From an uncultured virus (IMG/VR IMGVR_UViG_3300009034_001352) (taxonomy: Duplodnaviria; Heunggongvirae; Uroviricota; Caudoviricetes), in the IMG/VR virus record IMGVR_UViG_3300009034_001352, positions 45,213 to 65,212 of that record: a stretch of 20,000 nt of DNA. The stretch is one strand, 5' to 3'. The first letter of the stretch is position 1, and each line of letters starts with the position of its first letter. Made by a program: the position numbers and the translations under genes. Shown piece after piece: positions 17,039 through 20,000 of the stretch. The notes beneath the pieces are model-generated. The model did no database searches. It had not been told where the DNA came from and worked only from the letters and a program-made list of their open reading frames with translations.

Positions 17039-17563
17039 ATGGAAAAAAGTAGTAAGAAAAGAAAAAATAAAAGTACTTTAAAAGATAAAAAGAAAAAAAT
17101 AGGAAGACCTTCAAGATACAATCCAATTTATCATCCAAAAATAGTAGAATTACTTACTCGAATAGGAAAAACAGATAAAGAAGTATCCAAAGAAATAGGA
17201 ATAAGTGAAGTTACATTAAATGATTGGAAGAAAAAACATCCAGAGTTTCTTAAGTCGCTAAAAAAAGGTAAGAAATATCCAGATGATAAAGTAGTCGCAT
17301 CATTATTTCAAAGAGCAACCGGATATTCTCATCCAGAAGATAAGATTTTTTGCAATGCTCAAGGAAAAGTAACAATAGTAAAAACTATAAAACATTATCC
17401 TCCAGACACAGGAGCTATTTGTTTTTGGTTAAAAAATAGAAGACCTAAGGAATGGAAAGAAAGACAGGAGCTCGAAGTTAAAGGAGAAGTAGTTAATATA
17501 ATTAAAGGTGTTTTTTCTAAAAAAGATAAAAAGATTAAAGGAGAAGATAAAGATAAAGAATGA
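17039..17563 (+). CDS. terS: Terminase small subunit (HTH type)
   Basis: 'GRPSRY', HTH 'TDKEVSKEIGISEVTLNDWKKKHPEF', 'SLFQRATGY', 'PPDTGAICFWLKNRRPKEWKE'. Confidence 0.85.
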   Translation: MEKSSKKRKNKSTLKDKKKKIGRPSRYNPIYHPKIVELLTRIGKTDKEVSKEIGISEVTLNDWKKKHPEFLKSLKKGKKYPDDKVVASLFQRATGYSHPEDKIFCNAQGKVTIVKTIKHYPPDTGAICFWLKNRRPKEWKERQELEVKGEVVNIIKGVFSKKDKKIKGEDKDKE

Positions 17564-17748
17564 TAACAGAACTATAGCAAATACAACAAAATAAATTTCC
17601 AATACTTATTTATAATAAACGAAATGATGAGGAAATTTTTATAGTTTTTTAAAGGGAAGTGATTTGTATAAATTGCAAAAAAACGTATATTGATTTATGG
17701 CAATTATAGTTGGCATATGAATAAAATGTGTAAAAAAGAGATAAAAAA

Positions 17749-17919
17749 ATGAAAAGATTATTAGGAATTATTTGTATTGCAAAAACTTTTTATCATCTTT
17801 TTAAAACTCCTTTAGGTTTTGATTCAGAATTGGGGTTATTATATAAGGATGGGCATGATTATGAATTACAAAAAAATAATATTTTAAAATGCGTGTTATG
17901 CGGAAAAATAAGTAAATGA
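17749..17919 (+). CDS. Small hypothetical protein with H...CxxC
   Basis: 56 aa, MKRLLGIIC...GHDY...KCVLCGKISK. Not in the ORF track. Confidence 0.5.
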   Translation: MKRLLGIICIAKTFYHLFKTPLGFDSELGLLYKDGHDYELQKNNILKCVLCGKISK

Positions 17920-17988
17920 TAAATATGAAGAAAGAAGATTTGAATCCAATTTTTTTTGGAACTTGTAAAAATAAATAAGAGGAAAGAA

Positions 17989-18270
17989 ATGAATAGATAT
18001 GAAGAGTTAATAGAAGCGTTATGTGAATTGGTTCATAATATTTGGGCAAAATGGATGAAAGTTAATTTATTAGCAGAATGTGAGATTTGGGAAGATGGGA
18101 AAAGTTTTGAGCTTATTCATGAAATACCAGAAGAATGTTATGAGAAATGGCAAGAACAAATAATTATGAAATGTAAAGATTTACCTGAAAGAGAACAGGA
18201 AATAATAAGAGAGAATGTTTTTGAGATATTAGAAAAGGTAACAGAAAAATATTATTTACAGGAAAAATAA
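17989..18270 (+). CDS. RyR-repeat-like domain protein
   Basis: 'LIEALCELVHNIWAKW...KDLPEREQEIIRE' resembles the RyR domain pattern (L.E..H..W ... LPE.E+...R). GAGGA site before ATG 17989. Confidence 0.55.
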   Translation: MNRYEELIEALCELVHNIWAKWMKVNLLAECEIWEDGKSFELIHEIPEECYEKWQEQIIMKCKDLPEREQEIIRENVFEILEKVTEKYYLQEK

Positions 18271-18273
18271 TAA

Positions 18274-18453
18274 ATGGCTGAATTAAATGAGTTAAAATTT
18301 AAATTTGATACCTCTGAAATTGATAGAATAGTAAGGATAACTTGTCTCAATAAAGAATGTAAACATCATGTAGTAAATGAACAGTATGGAGTATGTAATT
18401 TGAAAGTTGTTAAAATAAATGAGAATGGAACTTATATGGGAGATGATAAGTGA
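18274..18453 (+). CDS. Small Cys-containing hypothetical protein
   Basis: 59 aa, 'ITCLNKECKHH...CNLKVVKINENG'. Not in the ORF track. Confidence 0.5.
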   Translation: MAELNELKFKFDTSEIDRIVRITCLNKECKHHVVNEQYGVCNLKVVKINENGTYMGDDK

Positions 18454-18583
18454 TAAATAAACTATTAGGAAGAATAAAAATATTTTTAAATGAAGAAGAA
18501 GTAAAGGATTTCAGATCTGTTAATAAAAAATTAAATATATTTTATAGAAATATTAAATACAAAATATAGGATGCATAGTTCTC

Positions 18584-19909
18584 ATGTCCAAGAAAAAGAA
18601 ATCTAAAGGTATAGTACTAACAGATAAACAGGAATTAGGTAGAAGGATATTGATGGAAGATAATAAGTATACTGATATTCTTTTTGATGGTGGTTCCAGA
18701 TCTGGAAAAACACTTATTATTATTATTGTTATTATTATTCTTTGTCAGTTGTTTGTTGGTCTCCGAGCATTAGTGGCAAGAATGAAATTTGCACATGCAA
18801 GAGCATCTGTATGGGATCAAACTTTGATCCCTCTAATTCAAAAAATGTATCCACAAGCAGGAATAGATAAATCGAGATTTATTGTTAGAACTGGTAAATC
18901 TGAAATATGGTTAGGTGGATTGGATAGTAAAGAAAATACAGAGAGAGTGCTTGGTCAAGAATTTGGAATAATATTTTTGAATGAATCAGTTGAGATTCCT
19001 CAAAGTATTAGAGATTTGGTTAAAACAAGATTAGCTCAAAATGTAAATAAGTTAGAAAGGATTATAGATGATTATAATAATTTAGGAAAATTAACTAAAT
19101 TGATTAAAAATTTTCATAATTTTATAGTATATGATTGTAATCCAAGACAACCTACTCATTATTTATATAAGGAATTTTATGTGGAGAATGATGAAAGTAG
19201 AAAGACATTAAAGTTTTATCCACAAGATAATATTGAACATTTACCGGAAGGTTATATTAAAAATATTTTAGAGAAATTACCAGAAGATAAAAAGGCCAGA
19301 TTTTTAAGAGGAGAATGGGCTTATTCTCCTGGAGCCGTTTATAGTAATGTTCATGAGAAAAATATAATAAATTGTGAAAAGAATATATATAAATTTTATG
19401 ATGATATTGTTGTTGGTATTGACTGGGGACTACATATGTGTGCTGTTATTTGGGGAATTAAAATAACTTCTGATAAAATAAAAGCATATTGTTTTCATGA
19501 AATAATAGTATTGGGAGGAGTTACTTCTGATTTGATAAATGAATTAGATAAAATTGTTGGATTAAAAGAAAAAGGAATTTTTTTATATTGTGATCATGAA
19601 CCGGATAGAATATTGGAATGTCAATCAGCTGGATATCAGGCAAAGAAAGCATATAAAGAAGTTGGCCCAGGAGATAGTAGTGTTAATGAATATGAATTGT
19701 ATTATGATTATAATTGCAAATATACTTTTCAATCTATGGTTAATTTAGTCAATCAGGAAAGTACTCTTGGGGATGGGTTTATTTATGGGAAACATGTTAA
19801 GGAGAATGACCACGAAGCAGATGGAAGCCGTTATGCATTACATGGTTGGAAGATAGATAACAGAGTGAAAGGACAAGGACATTATATTTTGGAAAAGGCA
19901 GTAATATAA
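18584..19909 (+). CDS. terL: Terminase large subunit
   Basis: 'LTDKQ' adenine-binding motif, Walker A GGSRSGKT, Walker B-like 'IIFLNES', 'DCNP', 'RFLRGEW', nuclease 'GIDWG' and 'NDHEADGSRYA'. Confidence 0.93.
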   Translation: MSKKKKSKGIVLTDKQELGRRILMEDNKYTDILFDGGSRSGKTLIIIIVIIILCQLFVGLRALVARMKFAHARASVWDQTLIPLIQKMYPQAGIDKSRFIVRTGKSEIWLGGLDSKENTERVLGQEFGIIFLNESVEIPQSIRDLVKTRLAQNVNKLERIIDDYNNLGKLTKLIKNFHNFIVYDCNPRQPTHYLYKEFYVENDESRKTLKFYPQDNIEHLPEGYIKNILEKLPEDKKARFLRGEWAYSPGAVYSNVHEKNIINCEKNIYKFYDDIVVGIDWGLHMCAVIWGIKITSDKIKAYCFHEIIVLGGVTSDLINELDKIVGLKEKGIFLYCDHEPDRILECQSAGYQAKKAYKEVGPGDSSVNEYELYYDYNCKYTFQSMVNLVNQESTLGDGFIYGKHVKENDHEADGSRYALHGWKIDNRVKGQGHYILEKAVI

Positions 19910-20000
19910 ATGAATTTATTAAATATACTTTTTAGAAAAAGAAAAAAGAAAATAAAAATACATGCATCTATTCCTGAAGGAGGATCAGTTGATATTACAA
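19910..20000 (+). CDS. Start of next gene, probably portal protein (3'-truncated)
   Basis: ATG immediately after the terL stop, open to the window end. Identity inferred from position only. Confidence 0.45.
   Translation, partial: MNLLNILFRKRKKKIKIHASIPEGGSVDIT

Noticed and set aside
2046..18049. Minus-strand ORFs (2046-2270, 4047-4229, 6922-7104, 8285-8656, 11457-11639, 13602-13850, 17801-18049) and + ORF 6775-6972
   Set aside because: They are shadows of well-supported + strand genes, with low-complexity translations and no motifs.
1..20000. Genome-wide TAG recoding (genetic code 15)
   Set aside because: Long conserved genes are uninterrupted in code 11, and TAG ends genes cleanly at 9245, 13779 and 16581.

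Overview
AT-rich, densely packed segment of a tailed-phage or prophage genome, with all credible genes on the + strand. In order: the C-terminus of a family A DNA polymerase; a six-gene type IV-B CRISPR-Cas-like effector module (csf1, cas11/csf4, csf2, csf3, a SPOUT/SpoU-like methyltransferase, a CysH/PAPS-reductase-like protein); a replication/recombination block (DnaX-like clamp loader, UvsY-like protein, gp32-like SSB, HTH protein, RecA-like ATPase, PD-(D/E)XK resolvase); many small accessory ORFs (ThyX-like, stand-alone NrdD glycyl-radical peptide, DUF4406-like, a protein with 64 tandem 12-bp repeats plus partner, a lipoprotein); then the small and large terminase and the start of a probable portal gene. 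The standout is the type IV-B module. It has no array, cas6, cas1/2 or dinG in view, is tightly coupled between polA and dnaX, and carries an extra SPOUT-like gene between csf3 and cysH. This suggests a Cascade-like scaffold repurposed by the phage for nucleic-acid modification or counter-defence. All family assignments come from motif recognition by eye; no searches were run.
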